Assembly (NCBI GenBank): GCA_964016885.1
Contig: OZ024742.1
Location: 200,198,001-200,262,000, forward strand
Length of the DNA: 64,000 bases
From: Eledone cirrhosa
Taxonomy: Eukaryota
Direction of reading: 5' to 3'
Part shown: positions 25,200 through 38,224 of the stretch, in pieces
Numbering within the stretch: position 1 is the stretch's first letter
Layout of the letters: each line of letters starts with the position of its first letter
Notes under the pieces: generated by a model
The model's input: the letters and a program-made list of their open reading frames with translations, nothing else
The model's database searches: none
What the model was told of the DNA's origin: nothing
Made by a program: the position numbers and the translations under genes

Positions 25200-26696
25200 G
25201 GGCGGACCAGTATTTATTTTTGTGATACTGGTAAAATGGTGTACATTATTCGATATTTTCAGTAAAAACGATTCTCTTAATAAAACATCGAAAACCTTAA
25301 TAATAAAAGGTGTGAAATGATATATAGTATTGGCATAATACCAAGGTGTGTGTGAGTGTCCAGATTGTACGTACTGCAAGGGGAATCCATTAGGCCTTGC
25401 CGTATTGGAATACTTGTGTACAAATATGTATGTGTCCATCAGTGTGCAATGCATGTGTGCGTTTATGTATGTGTGTGTGTCGGCACGTTTATATCTATAG
25501 ACATCAAAAGGTATGCAAATTTGTATATATTTGTGGTGCACCATAGAACATGTGTGTTTACGTATGTCATTGTGTTTATATGTGGATAGAGATGTATGCT
25601 GATGTAGGTATTATGTTGACGTGTGTATGTTGTGGGTTCGTCTTAGGGACAAGTGTTTAGACGGCGTCCGTATTTGTTAATAAAGTAAGATTCCTTGCTG
25701 ATGCGCTGGGTGTGGGTGGCATTATCTTTAAATTTGTAGAGGGGAAAGATTCTGAAGTTGGGATGATTTTGGGCGGCACAGGTATCAATATGTTCACTCT
25801 ATGGTATTTTCCTGTAACCCGTATTTTAATTTGGGATCTATGGACAGTCATGCGTTGGCGGAGGCTGTTTTTGGTCTGCCCTATGTATTGTTCTCGACAA
25901 CCTGAGCAAGTTAATACATATATTAGATTTTCTGATGCGAATGTGAAATTGTGTTTTACTATAAAACGTTGTACTTCTTTGAAATAGAATTCTGAACCCT
26001 CCATTAGGTTGATGCATATAACACAGTTGGGTCTATCGCATTTTTTTACTGTGGGTTTCGTTGTTGTGGTTGGCAGTACTTTGGCATGTGTTAGGATGTT
26101 TTTCATTGACTTAGATTGTCTTTTGCTCTTTATGATATCGTGTGTTCGTAGGATTTGGTTCATTCTATGGTCCTTTTTCAACACAGGGATGTTCTGGAGG
26201 ATGGTGTCAAAGGCCTCATTGTTGAGGGGGTTGTGTGTGGAGATGTATGGAAGAGCTTTTAGTTTTAGGTTGATTTACTTTAGGGTGTCTAAGGTCTAAG
26301 TTTTAGGGCACGTTGGATTCCATTGTCAATTAGTGATGCAGGGTAGTCCCTGCCTATGAGTGTGTCCTTTATTTCTTGTAGCCGTAAGTAGCAGGTGTTT
26401 TTATTGGAGACTATAGTACAGATTCTCTTGGCTAAGTTGTAGGGAATATTAATTTTAACGAGTCTAGGGTGGCAAGAGTTGAAAGGAAGATATTGCTTGG
26501 AGTCTGTGGGCTTGTAGTATATGTCTGTTTCTATTTTTTTGTTATGGATCTTAATGAGGATGTCGAGGAAGGGGAGTTGTCGATGGCTGTATTCCATCGT
26601 GAAGTTAATATTCGTGTTGAGCCCATTTATAAGGGTGTGAAATTCTTTAAGTTTCTCGATGTTTTCGTGCCAAAGGATGAAGCAGTCATCTATATA
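25200..26696 (-). mobile_element. Penelope-like element (Poseidon-type): RT C-terminal half plus GIY-YIG and 3' region
   Basis: YIDDCFILW, LPFLDILI, YYKPTDSKQYL..SCHP, IPYNLAKRI and NLIYVLTCSGCREQYIGQT..LRQRMTVHR motifs. Confidence 0.88.
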
Positions 26697-27095
26697 TATA
26701 TATATGAATGTATATATAGTGTATTTTGCAATACACTGTATGCTTAATTAAAAGCATTTCGAAGACCTTACGCCATTGTTTTATAGTAGTGACAGTCTCA
26801 CTTACTTTAATTTTCAGCAAACAGGGGAGATAAAGGTTACAGAGTTCTGTTTCGCACTTTTTGGTGCTAATCAAAGCTAAGTACTCCGCCTGTTTGCTGA
26901 AAATCATGAATGTTTGATTCTTATAGAATTCTAGTAATAATCAGGAACTGATTATACAGAGCGGTTGCCGGTCAAGCAGAAATTGAAAATTAGAATATGA
27001 ATGAGTTAGCAATATATATATATATTGCTAATTCATTCATATAGTAGGTCGAATTTGCTTGCACACCGTCAAAGATTCGATTTTACTAAGGCTCC

Positions 27096-27175
<80 letters not shown>

Positions 27176-27179
<4 letters not shown>

Positions 27180-30100
27180 CTACCAAAATATACGGTAGTG
27201 TCCAATCCGTATGAAGAACTCAAAGTAATCCAAATATCATGAAAAGAGAAGATGTATTCAAAATTTTTTCGATGAAAATCACAGGAAAACAGAGTCAAGA
27301 TAAATTAATAAAAACAATGAATAAAAACAAAGAAACAGTTCCTTATATTAAAAAATTCATCATTTTACGATCGTTTCTAGGATATATATGTGTGTGTTGG
27401 TATGTATATCATATAGATCTATGTAAAAAAATTTACAAACTATCAGAGGGAATATACATACCTACACATATATATGCTGTTCTCAGAATTAATGATATTT
27501 GTTTATTGAAAAAAAACAACAAAGATTTAATAAAATAGGTCTGTTTGGGAACAGGTTTTGAATTGACTAATAGAAAGGTAGTAAGTGGTCAAGTTGATAG
27601 AATAGTAGTAGTAGAAATTTAATTTAGGAGTAGAGGAATGCAGACATCAGTTTTGAATGGAAAGAGTATTTTGAATGAAAAGATTACTTTGGGGATGAAA
27701 ATAGGTCAAGCCGGTGAAAGGTACACGAAAATTTGATGTTATTAAAGAATAATGCTAATGTTAAAATTTAAGGAGAATAACATTTTACGATAAATGTGTT
27801 AGTGAAAAATATCAATCTTATTTAAAACATAAGGAATTTAGATCTATAAAAAGAAAGAAATTAATTTAATTGATAGGTATATTTATATGGATAAATTTAT
27901 ATTAATTCATATAGATATGATAAATAAGAGTTAGATGTAATTAAAGAATGTTGTTAAAAACGAAGGAAAAAACATTTTTGTTGGGGGGGGGGGGGATAAA
28001 TGTATTAGTGAAAAATAACAAACTTATATAGATTACAAGGAATATAGATTCATAACCTGAAATTAGAATAGTTTATATGTATACTTATTGGTATAAATTT
28101 TAGGAAAAGATAGCCGTAAAAGGGAAATAAAATTATGCAGTTCATCAGTAGTAGAATATTAACTATAGGTTAACTAATTTTTATTTTTTTTATTTTTATT
28201 ATAAGAATTTGTAAAATATAAGTGTATATTAATTAGGTTTATAATATTTAAAAGTTTTTCTAATTCTATGATTACATGATATAATTAATTCTTGTCGCTT
28301 ATTTAATAGGATATCCTTAGATTTCATTATTTCAAAAAGTTCCTGGGAACAAACCTACATTCATACCTATTATTTTGATAAGGGGTGGCCCTTTTGAGCA
28401 CACTCCAGGTCAGGTTATAATCAATATTCTTTTTTCTATAATTATTAATTATTTCAGCTAAGCATGTTGTATTAGCTCATGCGGCATTTTTAAAACTGTG
28501 TTTGTGGGTATTAAATCTTACTTTAAATTGGTTAGAAGTAGCTCCTATATATGAATAAGTTGAGTCCTTAGTGTTAATTTTACATTTATATACTATGTTA
28601 TTAATAAGGCAATTTCCTTTTAATGGGCAATTTGCTTTTGTTTCTACAGTTACAACCTTTCGTGAATGTTATATCAGGGGAGTTAGTCAAATTAGGTGTG
28701 GAATTTTCTCGACTTGTTGTATGTGAATGAGATGGTGGTTTGCTGTGGTTTATTTTAGTATTATGGTTAGTTTGATGTATTGGTGGTATATTCATGTTTT
28801 TTTTTACATTTATATGCATTATAGGCGCTTATATTTTGTTGTATATTTTTGGTTGTTGAGTAGGAGAATTTGACCGTTGATCTATTTAAAATTTGATGGT
28901 ATTTATGGTTTGGCGGGAAGTTTTTCTCTAGGATATTAAAAAATGTTTTAGGTATATTATCTTTAATTTGTAAATTAAATGGAGCATTATACCAAGTAAC
29001 TCGTCTATTACGGTTTCGATGTTGTTTTTTATTTTTATACGATGTATCCTGATGTTTACTAAGAGAATTAGTATTAGTGATTTTATTACACATATTTTTA
29101 GTTAGATTCACTGATTTAGGTGTTTTAGCCTGATTATTAGGAATTTTGTTAGTAATGTTATTAACATATATTGGAATATTAGTTTTTTGAAAGTTATTAT
29201 ATTGTATATTAGAAGAGGTAGTTCTCTACCTCTTCTAATATACAATATAATAACTTTTAAGTTATTATATTATAAGTTTTAAGTTGGTATTTTGGGGTAT
29301 AGTGTGAGTGGCATTTAGGTGTGTATATTTCATTTGGTGTTTGTTGGTAATATTGGGTTGTATGTTTGTAGTATTATTGGTACAAGGTATATATACTAAT
29401 TTGTTTTTGTGGCCGCTTCTAACTAAAGCTTCGTTATAAAAGGTCGCATTTTTATCGAATACATCCTGGTTAGATGAAAGGTTAGAAATTCTGAGTGAGA
29501 TATTATATGCTAGGTTTTTAAGGATAGATTTAGGGTGATTAGATTTGAGTGTATGTAATGTAAGTTTTGGTTAGGTTTATGGTAAGGTTGGTAGATACCA
29601 GTAGATAAGTCTAATGTTATATCAAGGAAATTAACTACTTTACTTGTGTTTTCAAATGTAATAGTGAGACTATAATAGTCTTTGAGGAAAGTTCTAATTA
29701 GTTTTTTATTTTTTTTCAATTTCTGATAGGCTAAGGTTAGTGGAAAGAAGAAGACAGTCATCACGATATAAACCACCTTTAAGGTGGGGAAAAGAAGCAT
29801 TTATGTTAAATAGAAGAAAGAGGCCCACAAGATCGTTAATTTGGGCAGAATCACTAGAGCCCATAGTAATGTCGAATAGATTACTATATGTATTTCTGGT
29901 CCAGTATTCCTTCTGAAATTCCAGTAGTGTTTGTCTAGCGTGCGTGATAATATTAATGTCATCCATAGTTAAGTTTGATCTATTTTTGGCAAATATCAAG
30001 GCTTTGTTCAGGAGTATGGGTGATATAGAGGAATAATAAGCATCTATATCGAATTGTAGAAATGAAGCAGATGATTTATTTCTAATATTAGTAAACCAGT

Positions 30101-31485
30101 TAATTACCTGGGATGTGTTTTCCCAGAGTGGTAAATTAACATGTTTTCTTAATTGTGGGATGACTCTATCTAAAGCTTTTTTACTAATGATGCCAATGTC
30201 AGATTTGGAAGGGCATATAAGTCTTATAGAAGGATTAGAGTTAAAATTAGATTTGTGATCTTTCAGGTTAAAATGTGGTTTTTTCAGTGCCAAAGGTTCA
30301 GTTCTGTCTTCAATATTGAGTTTATTTACTATGTTGTGTGTTTTGTTGTTGATATTGGTAAGTGCCGCATTATTTGTTTTTTTATAATTTTTCCTGAGTT
30401 CTTTATAAATGAACTCATTGTGTGCTCAAAAGGGCCACCCCTTATCAAAATAATAGGTATGAATGTAGATTATGTTCCCAGGAACTTTTTGAAATAATGA
30501 AATCTAAGTATATCCTATTAAATAAGCGACAAGAATTAATTATATCATGTAATCGTAGAATTAGAAAAACTTTTAAATATTATAAAACTAATTAATATAC
30601 ACTTATATTTTACAAATTATTATAAATTTTTTTTTTTAAATTAGTTAACCTATAATTAATATTCTACTACTAATGAACTGCATAATTTTATTTCCCTTTT
30701 ACAGCTATCTTTTCCAAAAATTTATACCAATAAGTATACATATAAACTATTTTAATTTCAGGTTATGAATCTATATTCCTTGTAATCTATATAAGTTTGT
30801 TATTTTTCACTAATACATTTATCCCCCCCCCCCCCAAAAAAAAATGTTCCTTCGGTTTAACAACATTCTTTAATTACATATAACTCTTATTTATCATATC
30901 TATATGAATTAATATAAATTTATCCATATAAATATACCTATCAATTAAATTTATTTATTTTCTTTTTATAGATCTAAATTCCTTATGTTTTAAATAAGAT
31001 TGATATTTTTCACTAACACATTTATCATAAAATGTTATTCTCCTTAAATTTTAACATTACCATTATTATCAAATTTTCGTGTACCTTTCACCGGCTTGAC
31101 CTATTTTCATCCCCAAAGTAATCTTTTCATTCAAAATACTCTTTCCATTCATAACTGAAGTCTGCATTCCTCTACCCCTAAATTAAATTTCTACTACTAC
31201 TATTCTATCAACTTGACCACTTACTACCTTTCTATTGGTCAATTCAAAACCTGTTCCCAAACAGACCTATTATATTAAACCTTTGTTGTTTTTTTTTCAA
31301 TTATTTCTGAGGACAGCATATATATGTGTAGGTATGTATATTCCCTCTGATAGTTTGTAAAAAAATTTACATAGATCTATATGATATACATACCAACACA
31401 CACATATATCCTAGAAACGATCGTAAAATGATGAATTTTTTAATATAAGGAACTGTTTCTTTGTTTTTATTCATTATTTTTATTA

Positions 31486-31491
<6 letters not shown>
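27176..31491 (-). mobile_element. Penelope-like element (Neptune-type) with about 1.1-kb inverted pseudo-LTRs, bounded by (TA)n
   Basis: RT motifs FDIDAYYSSI, MGSSDSAQINDLVG, LYRDDCL, VNFLDITL and GCNCRNK (28400-30420). Inverted arms at 27300-28403 and 30420-31491. Confidence 0.9.
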
Positions 31492-31520
<29 letters not shown>

Positions 31521-31523
<3 letters not shown>

Positions 31524-32232
31524 CGTTTGTATATGTATAATAAACCCAAAACAATGCAGGTGTGGACATAGAATAAAGAATGCAAATGCAAAAGATATTG
31601 TTGACAATTAGTCTTTTACCTTAAATTTATTTAAATGTCCTTAATTTTCGAGATAATATCTCTTCTTCGGAGGGAAGTAAAGCGGTTAAACCAGTGTTCT
31701 AAATAGCTTGCCAAGTCATGCTGACAGGAAATGGTATAGAGTATCTGTTCTATCTCTAATGTCAAAGAGTTAAGGTTAGGTGGATAAAGTGTAGTCTCCC
31801 TTTAAAAGGGTTTTTTTTTGTACATGCCTGTTTAAGTGTGTGGGAGAATGCTTGAAGGTGTAAGTATGTGAGTGTGTGTGTGTGAGAGTGAGAAGATATG
31901 TCTATACGTAAATGTGGGGGATAGATGTTATCTCGTGTTAGAACTGGTCTTTGTGTGTGTATGTGTGTGTGTGAGAGAGAATAAGTGGAGGTGTAAGCGT
32001 GTGTGTGTGCGTGCGTGTGTGTGTGCGTGTGTGGGGGTGTGTAAATATGGAGCTAGAAGCTCTATCAAGTTATAAATTGGGTGTTGAGTTCTAGTCTATT
32101 ATTGATTGGTGGTTGTGTTTTGGGGATGATGTTATTCAGGCATCGTTTTTTGCATTTGCATTTGCATTTGCATTCTTTATTTTATGTCCACACCTGCATT
32201 GTTTTGGCTTTATTATACATATACAAACGTTT
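31521..32232 (-). mobile_element. Penelope-type 3' fragment with about 72-bp inverted ends and a CCGAAGA hammerhead variant (31639-31673)
   Basis: Arms at 31521-31592 and about 32155-32232. Minus strand reads CCU-CCGAAGA-A-GAGAUA-U-UAUCUC-GAAA-A-UUA/AGG. Confidence 0.6.
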
Positions 32233-32273
32233 ATAGCTCATTACACAATGCTTCAAGTGAACTATAACCTCCT

Positions 32274-32334
<61 letters not shown>

Positions 32335-32470
32335 GGAGTTAAGCAAGATTCAATGAGTATATCAAAGAATGAGTTTTACAGTAGATTGGAAGCACTCTAT
32401 GGAAAATAATTTTCCAGAGTTATTAATATTAAAATACAAATATTAATAAAATAGGTGTTCTTTTTATCAA

Positions 32471-32531
32471 TTACATTATATTACACATATTTCGGATGTA
32501 CAACAGTACGTCCTCATCAGACAAAATATAA
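32471..32531 (-). ncRNA. Type I hammerhead ribozyme (family H2)
   Basis: AUAUUUUGU-CUGAUGA-GGACGUAC-UGUU-GUACAUCC-GAAA-UAUGU-GUA/AUAUAAUGU. Confidence 0.82.
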
Positions 32532-33126
32532 TGATACATGACATACCCTGAGATGTTAAATGGTTAAGATTTAATCAAGGTAGTAATTAACCTAAGAGAA
32601 AGTTTAACATCTATACCCTAATAATGAGAAAATGCGAAAACGTAATAAATTCAATAGAGAATGTGTGAGTAAGAAAAACGTTGCTTAATGTAACAGTTAT
32701 AGAGATTTTAAAATGTATGATACTACAATTTATCAGGGAAAATGAGAGTCACTGGGATAGTATATATAGGGAGAGGGAAGATAAGTGGTAATATATGTAG
32801 AAGGAGATTTTCCGAAAGTTAAATGGTTAAGATTGAAAATATTTAATTTATGCTATTTTAGGGTGAAGAATCAAGATTTTAGGTGGGGTTTTTTTTAAAT
32901 TGCAGGTTATTTATTAGTTTTGTAAATTCAATAAGTGTATTAACATTTCTAAACTTCGGAATTTTATGAGGATAACCTTTAAAGTATTTAGCTGGCCAGC
33001 GGAAAAGAAAGTTTACACTGTCGAATATATTTCTAAATGTAAGCTTTACCGGAGATAATCATTGTCAACATATTTGGTATCTAAATCTTATGAAGTATTT
33101 ATTGTTAGAAATAATTAAATAACTAT

Positions 33127-33163
<37 letters not shown>

Positions 33164-33460
33164 TAATGAGCCTGTATATTTTAGGTAAATGATAACGAAA
33201 ATAAAAATAAAATAATAGATTTAGGCATGCTAAAGTTAAATATATACGTATATATATGATAAATTGTAGTATCATACATATTAAAATCTCTATAACTGTT
33301 ACATTAAGCAACGTTTTTCTTACTCACACATTCTCTATTGAATTTATTACGTTTTCGCATTTTCTCATAATTAGGGTATAAATGTTAAACTTTCTCTTAG
33401 GTTAATCACTACCTTGATTAAATCTTAACCATTTAACATCTCAGGGTATGTCATGTATCA

Positions 33461-33521
33461 TTATATTTTGTCTGATGAGGACGTACTGTTGTACATCTGA
33501 AATATGTATAATAAAATGTAA
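33461..33521 (+). ncRNA. Type I hammerhead ribozyme (family H2, inverted copy)
   Basis: UUAUAUUUUGU-CUGAUGA-GGACGUAC-UGUU-GUACAUCU-GAAA-UAUGU-AUA/AUAAAAUGUAA, giving an 11-bp stem I. Predicted cleavage after 33510. Confidence 0.82.
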
Positions 33522-33553
33522 TTGATAAAAAGAACATCTATTTTATTAATATT

Positions 33554-33624
<71 letters not shown>

Positions 33625-33720
33625 ATAGGGATGTAAAAAAAGTATCCTGTAGAGCAACTCAAGTTTGTAGGGCAAGTTTGAATATAATTATTAAGGCCAG
33701 TTACTACAACAGTGCCATAC

Positions 33721-33767
33721 CAGGTACGTTCGTTTCGTTAGACCCGAGGACCAACTTGTTCAACCTG
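33721..33767 (-). ncRNA. Decayed hammerhead in a probable Penelope 3' fragment (33622-34130)
   Basis: CAGG-UUGAACA-A-GUUGG..CUAAC-GAAAC-GAAC-GUA/CCUG: all three stems present, with two core substitutions. Confidence 0.5.
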
Positions 33768-35049
33768 TGCCGATGAAACTGAACCGAAAAAAAAAATTCT
33801 ATTTTGTGGCGGTCTATTATCGGTGGTTTGGTGATTGTAGTATGGGCGAACTTGGATAGGAGACCGTCGTCGTGAGAGATGACGGTGGGAGTAGAGGTGA
33901 TGTCCAGAGTGAAGATAAGGCGAGAAGGGCCAGAAGAGAAGGAGGAATTGAACAGTCGGAGAGCCTGATTTGTGCTGTGAATGTGGAAAGCGAGATCGTC
34001 TACTAAGGGGGCGAGAAGGGTATCTACCCGATGTTGTCCGGGAAAGAGTTGATTCAGTCAGTGGGCAATTTCTTGGAAAGTAATAATTGAAATTCAATAT
34101 AAATATATTATCTGAAACACGCTTATATTCAGTGTTTGTGTGTCTGGTGTGCGTGTGTATGTGTGTGTGGTGTGTGTGTGTGGTGTGCGCGTGTGTGTGT
34201 ATGGTGTGTGGTGTTTGTGTGTGTGTGCACGTGTGTGTATTCTTGTTTTTGTTCCGTGGCGTAATAGTTCAGCAAAAAGATCTATAAGTTAATATATTGA
34301 GATAAGTCTTGGGATTGATGTGATCGCCAAAACCTCTGTACGACCCCCAGACATCTTGAATGACTGAAACCAAATCATTGAAAGATCAGATTCATTTTTA
34401 TTATAATTATTCATTTGATCTTTTTATTATTGTATACCTATGGAACTAAAACATTACTGCAACTCGCCATCATCAAATATGAACAACTCACAATTAGAAG
34501 GGCCATCACATTTGCTCAAAATGTTCGGCTTAACTTTCGCTATGGAGTTTTCATGGCGAACGCTTTCCTAAACAGCAAGAACTGCATCTAAATGACTAAC
34601 CCTTCTCTTCAGAGCCAGAAAATACTTCAGCCCCAAACAACCTCTGATTCTTTACAATGTTCAGGTAAAACTCACAATGGAGTAGTGCTTCCACATCTTT
34701 TACGGTGCTGCTGCCACATATACATACATTGTAAGACACACCTAGATAAACGTTAATCATCTGATTACCATAAAGTCACTGGCAGACATTTTCCAGCCTT
34801 TATTCTACATTTCTACCGTTACTATAATCGCATCTGCTCCTCGAATCCGGCTGTCCTCATGCCACTTTAACATAAGCATTCCTGCTTCATTCGTTTTTCC
34901 TCGTTTTATCCCATATATTGTGTCCAACTCCCCAGGCTCTGCACTAACCACAACGCCCAGTGATTCCTCCACCAGAACGTCATCCTTCTAGAATTCTTTC
35001 TATGCATATGCTTTTCAAGAAGGATTTTGTTTGCAGCAATTTAAACCCC

Positions 35050-35370
35050 CACTACCACACAACCAAACCACTACCAAGACCACCATCATTACCACACCAC
35101 CAAATCACCACAAAGACCACCACCAATACAAAAAAAACACCACATCTACCACACCATCATCACACGACCACCAACAATTCACCACACTACCACCACACCA
35201 CTACCACATCACCAAACCACCACCACCACCAGACCACCACCACACCACCACTACCACCACCATCAAATAATCACCCCCACCACCACCAACACCACCACCA
35301 CTACCACTCCTGACACACTCTCACTACAGACCCACCCACCATCACACCAACATTATCACCGCAACAACAA
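35050..35370. repeat. (CAC)n-like low-complexity tract
   Basis: Directly visible. Confidence 0.9.
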
Positions 35371-35608
35371 TATCGACAGCGTCAATCTTAGCGGTCTCGG
35401 GGGGTTTGATGTTTATCCCCTCCGTCTGCACAATCGTACATATTTACTTACATGCGTGCATATTGTATATAATATACATATTCTTTTATTTTCATGTTTT
35501 TAAAAGAAAGAAAGCGTTCGTTACTACACCAGAGCGTCCGATGGAAAGAGACTGAGAAAGTGATATAAAAGACAACACACAGCAATAGATAGCGGGAGAG
35601 GGAGATCC

Positions 35609-35682
<74 letters not shown>

Positions 35683-35688
35683 GGATCT

Positions 35689-35797
35689 AGCTGTCGGGGT
35701 CGGTCCTGAATCTTTTCATATTACCCACTCTACTACCCCAAGTATCGAGTACACTGATGGGCTATGGTCCACCTGTTTTTGTTTACCACACCCTATC
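35689..35797 (+). mobile_element. Truncated family H3 tail between (TA)n arrays
   Basis: AGCTGTCGGGGTC..TATTACCCACTCTACTACCC..TATGGTCCACCTG matches 24553-24650. Confidence 0.65.
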
Positions 35798-35800
35798 TAA

Positions 35801-35879
<79 letters not shown>

Positions 35880-35893
35880 TTAATATAGAAGAG

Positions 35894-35940
35894 ATTCTAC
35901 AGGACTAGAACTGTTTCATTCATTAGAAATCATCAGGAAT
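35894..35940 (-). ncRNA. Type I hammerhead ribozyme (family H5) forming most of a 65-bp insert in (TA)n
   Basis: AUUC-CUGAUGA-UUUC-UAAU-GAAU-GAAACAG-UUCUAGUC-CUGUA/GAAU. Confidence 0.75.
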
Positions 35941-35954
35941 ATATATATATGTAT

Positions 35955-37480
35955 AAATTTCAACAATGTCAGTATTCCGTGTGTCATAATTCTCGATTAT
36001 CATTGGTTACAAACGACTCCGCCCACCTCAACGACGCCAAACTTAAATTATTATGCATAATGCCAATGAGGGAGTGAGAGGGGAGAGTAAGAAACAGAGA
36101 AGCAAAGTGAACGCTGTGTTGGATATACTATGTATATGTGTCAGTGTAGAGACATCTGTGTTTGATGTGTGTGGAAATAAGAGGGGAAGGAAGGCAATAA
36201 CTATTAAGATGTGTGCGTGTGCATGTACGTGCGTGTATGTTTATGTGTGTGTGCGTGTGTGCAGCGTTCCACAGAAAGTAAAAATTATCAACACTAGCTG
36301 ACGTACCCAGCTCCGCCCAGGTAAACAGATGATAAGAGAAGACACGTAAAAGAGAAAATGACTGTATTGGATGTTTGTCTGGTTACAGTATGAGGCGAGT
36401 CCGTGGTGTCTCTGTGATACAGAAAACAATAAAAGAAAATCTTCCAGATATACCAGATTCTTCGTTGTACCGTTTGTGCATAGTATATGAACAATTCTAG
36501 GTGTTCCCACCTAGAATAGTAACCTCTAGGAGATGGTTCATCTTCTGCCTGACTGTAAAACGTGTATCATTGCATAGACGTAGTTGTTCCACGTTTCTCA
36601 AAAGGATGATGGAAGTTCCAATCTTTTATATTATATGTAGATATAGATATAGATAATTAATGTAAAAGATGATGCTCAGCCAGTTCGTCTTCAACCATCG
36701 CAGCACGCCTTCGCTGCTTGGCTCCAGTGTTTCGTTGGGGTTGTTCAGCTCCTCTTCATTCATGGCGGCACGTCTTCGCCTCTGAAGTTCGGCGTTCTCA
36801 TGGCACTGTTCGGCCCGTTTTTCTTCATTCCTGGCTGCACGCCGTCGTCGCTGTAGTTCACTGTTTGATAAAGTCGAACTGCTTTTACTTTCTGTGGTAC
36901 GCTGCACGCACGCACACACACATAAACACACGCGCACGTACATACACACGCACACATGGTAATAGTTACAGCATTCACTTTACTCTCTGTTTCTCACTCC
37001 CTCATTGGCATTATGCATATTAATTTAAGTTTGGCGTCGTTGAGGTGGGCGGAGTCGTTTGAAACCTATGAACCAATGATAATCGAGAATTATGACACAC
37101 GGAATACTGACATTGTTGAAATTAATATATAGGATGTGTGAGTGCGTGCGTGTGTGTGCACGGGTGCATGTGTAAGTTTGCGTGCGTGTGCGCGTTTCAA
37201 TGCGTGTATGTGTGTGTACGTGCGGTGTTCCACAATCGCCACGCAGTTTATCTGTCTGTGTGCCTGTCTGTCTGTCTAACATACACAGAGTTGTGAAGGG
37301 AGTAAATAGAGACCTTTTTTTACATTGATGGACATCTTTTGTATTTATTATTGTGTCATTTTTTGACAATTGCTCGAAATGAATACTGATAATAAAAGCA
37401 ATTCGACTTTATCAAACAGTGAACTACAGCGGCGACGGCGTGCAGCCAGGAATGAAGAAAAACGGGCTGAACAGCGCCAT
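35955..37480. mobile_element. Nested, inverted copies of an unclassified (possibly Helitron-related) repeat
   Basis: 35955-36282 is the inverse of 36883-37122, and 37394-37480 is the inverse of 36799-36886. The minus-strand peptide has ELQRRRRAAxNEE repeats. Confidence 0.5.
36293..36654 (+). mobile_element. Non-autonomous Helentron/HINE-like element
   Basis: Starts ACTAGCTGACGTACCCAGCTCCGCCCAGG and ends TTTTATATTATATGTAGATATAGATATAGAT, matching DINE-1/HINE-style termini. Confidence 0.55.
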
Positions 37481-37959
37481 CAAACATGAAAACACCTGAA
37501 AACATGGTGTCCGATGCTCTAACGATACTGACATCCCCCGCTCTTATAAATAGTTAAAATTGGGACGCGACATGCTGTGACACGTTCTCCGCCTCCAACT
37601 TTGTCGCTTCTGTCACAAAACCCGGTACCGCGGCTCGCAATGCAGAAGACAGGAAGAAAAAGAAATACCGGAGTTTGTCCTGCCACTTCCTCTTCGCACC
37701 GTAAAATACAATCGATAGCACCCTGTCTGAGGAAAGAGCCTCGTGAGGTAGTGTGGCTGTTGCAGCGTGTGCTGCTGACCATTTTCCGCGGAAATGCCAT
37801 TGCTATTTTTTCTGCGGGGCACAGCTGAAACACTGCTTCGTCCTAGGTGTAGAACCTGTCACACTCTCTCCTTCGTCTAGTAGTCATTGCTCTTCTCATC
37901 CTTTTCCTCTCATTTATAACATTTATACTTCTTTGTAAAATAAAGTAAACAGTAAAATA

Positions 37960-38152
37960 AATAATTGTTTCTACTTTTGGCACAAGGACAGCAATTACCC
38001 CCAGTGCATTACAGGTGGTTTATTTTATCGACCCCGTAAGGATGAAAAGCAAAGTTAATCTCAGCGGGATTTGAACATAGAACGTAAAGTGCCTTAACTC
38101 TATGCTGCAAACATGGTGTCTGACGCTCTACTGACACTGACAGTCCACTTCC
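37960..38152 (-). mobile_element. Nin-domain tRNA SINE
   Basis: Reverse complement of the family consensus. Confidence 0.8.
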
Positions 38153-38224
38153 TTTAATAAATAATACAATGGAAAATACAATAAAAGATATTGAAAAGAG
38201 TAAGCAAGATTATTTTAAATAATC

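Larger units (their letters stand above)
32333..33556. mobile_element. Penelope-type 3' fragment with about 275-bp inverted repeat, each arm carrying a hammerhead (family H2)
   Basis: Arms at about 32440-32715 and 33283-33556. (TA)n on both sides and internally. Confidence 0.75.

Noticed and set aside
33768-33795. Plus-strand CCGATGA..GAAA
   Set aside because: No stems form; the better-supported motif is the adjacent minus-strand one.
34960-35313. His/Thr/Pro-rich ORFs
   Set aside because: They come from a (CAC)n low-complexity tract with no splice or codon evidence.
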